Below the pieces are notes generated by a model that saw nothing but the letters and a program-made list of their open reading frames with translations, was not told where the DNA came from and did no database searches. Positions 31,076 through 32,000 of a stretch of 32,000 bases of DNA are shown in pieces (position 1 is the stretch's first letter; every line of letters begins with the position of its first letter). The position numbers and the translations under genes were made by a program. This DNA is from Candidatus Electronema aureum (GTDB taxonomy: Bacteria; Desulfobacterota; Desulfobulbia; Desulfobulbales; Desulfobulbaceae). The stretch covers positions 4,456-36,455 of the forward strand of contig NQJD01000024.1 of assembly GCA_004284765.1 (NCBI GenBank). The letters are read 5' to 3'.

Positions 31076-31558
31076 CTACTTCGAACAAATCAATCCCGTG
31101 GCTATTTGTGTTACTTTACTTCTTCCACTGGATAGACAAGTTTCTGTAGAAATTTGTCTGCACATTGACACACACGCTGGACTGTTTGGACTTGCTACTG
31201 GATAGCATTCATTTACTCTTTCTACTGAACAGAAGTTCTGGTACTTCATTTGGTTGTATGCTGCAATAGCCCTACGAATGGCCTCCCTTTCCCTTGCATT
31301 CATTTTTCCGTATACCACAACAAACCTTTGAAACACCTTCCTTTCCCTTGCAGTCATTTTTTTGTATCTCGTGACAGCCCTCTGCATCGCCTGCATCTTT
31401 GCCGACTGCCTCTTCTTCGCCGCCGCTTTTCTGATTTTGACCATATCAGCTACAGTCACCTTTCTCGCCGACGCAGTTTCCGGCAGCGACACAAAAAGCA
31501 GCGACATAGTCAGCAACACAGCAGCAGTCATCCCAAAGAGCGTTTTCATTTTTCCCAT
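31076..31558 (-). CDS. Small secreted protein with an internal Arg/Lys-rich repeat and a Cys-rich C-terminus
   Basis: The SD sequence GGAGGAAGG precedes the MGK/MKT starts (31558 or 31549). The signal peptide is MKTLFGMTAAVLLTMSLLFVSLPETASA. The repeat is Y.KM(T/N)ARER....R twice. The last 50 aa contain six Cys residues. I recognise no family. Confidence 0.6.
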   Translation of the reverse strand: MGKMKTLFGMTAAVLLTMSLLFVSLPETASARKVTVADMVKIRKAAAKKRQSAKMQAMQRAVTRYKKMTARERKVFQRFVVVYGKMNAREREAIRRAIAAYNQMKYQNFCSVERVNECYPVASPNSPACVSMCRQISTETCLSSGRSKVTQIATGLICSK

Positions 31559-31611
31559 TTCCTTCCTCCGTTTGTTGATGTAAAAAACAACTTTCTGCGG
31601 CAAGATAATCA

Positions 31612-31824
31612 CTATACGGCATGAGAGTCAAGGTGTTTTTTGCTTACAACAGCAGTATATGCACCCTCCTCCCTTGTCGGGTGCATTCCGCGCAGGAAGA
31701 GGCCGCTGCGTTCGTCAATGGAGACCGGGTCGCCAAAGCTGATGCGGAAGCCGTTGATCAGGGCGTGTGCGCCAGTCTCGAAGACCTGCAAATCGCGGCA
31801 GCCGACCACGCAGGTCTTCTCCAA
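31612..31824 (-). pseudogene. Short GC-rich coding-like ORF, possibly a gene remnant (weak resemblance to the C-terminal part of a MOSC domain)
   Basis: 70 codons with a TTG start and a stop codon immediately upstream in frame. The first 45 or so codons have strongly GC-rich third positions like genuine genes here, while both flanks are AT-rich. The MOSC resemblance ([15 protein letters not shown] ... RSGLFLRGM) rests on my memory only. Confidence 0.25.
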
Positions 31825-32000
31825 TCAGTGGTCGCCACCCACACATATGGGTAATAGAGATCTGTGAGTGATCAATAAATCTCCAAACAGATGCAGTTAA
31901 GTTTTCAATGCTTCTCGAAAACGACAATGTCTTCCTGACTAATGCCGACACTCTCTGCCTGAATGTTAAATTAATCCTTTCGATATGACTTGTTTTTCCG

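Overview
The window is a 32 kb chromosomal segment from a moderately GC-rich bacterium. Gene content suggests a Desulfobacterota or deltaproteobacterial-type anaerobe, but that is inference only. I saw no rRNA, CRISPR array, transposase or integrase.

Layout:
- 1-4200: a small accessory islet on the minus strand. It holds a DUF4160/DUF2442 pair, a tentative HU-like/DUF4469-like protein, higBA, a TPR protein and short GC-rich repeats. It sits between an ADP-forming acyl-CoA ligase-like gene and ppnP.
- 4200-12561: a housekeeping block on the minus strand: ppnP, lspA, ileS, djlA-like, ftsY, lon.
- 12908-18028: tRNA-Arg(TCG), then aroK, an AT-rich PD-(D/E)XK-like ORF, aroC, a glgA-like gene and a hypothetical gene on the plus strand.
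- 18371-23240: a membrane-anchored TPR protein built from 126-bp tandem repeats, a beta-barrel outer membrane protein, a hypothetical protein, hpt and an ornithine/lysine decarboxylase-like enzyme.
- 23494-31558: a membrane PAS-PAS-GGDEF-EAL sensor, then two tandem exported pentahaem c-type cytochrome paralogues, then a small secreted repeat protein.

The most interesting locus is the first cytochrome paralogue (26485-28947). Its pentahaem core is flanked on both sides by group-I truncated haemoglobin domains, giving 5 predicted c-haems plus 2 b-haems on one Sec-exported polypeptide. The paralogue next to it (29172-30743) has no globin domains. The two genes share a near-identical promoter core and an upstream motif. 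I propose the fusion as a candidate periplasmic O2/NO-reactive electron sink.

Many long ORFs in the track are antisense artefacts of GC-rich genes, and I rejected them. Several track ORFs also carry spurious 5' extensions, which I trimmed to homology-supported starts preceded by a Shine-Dalgarno (SD) sequence.
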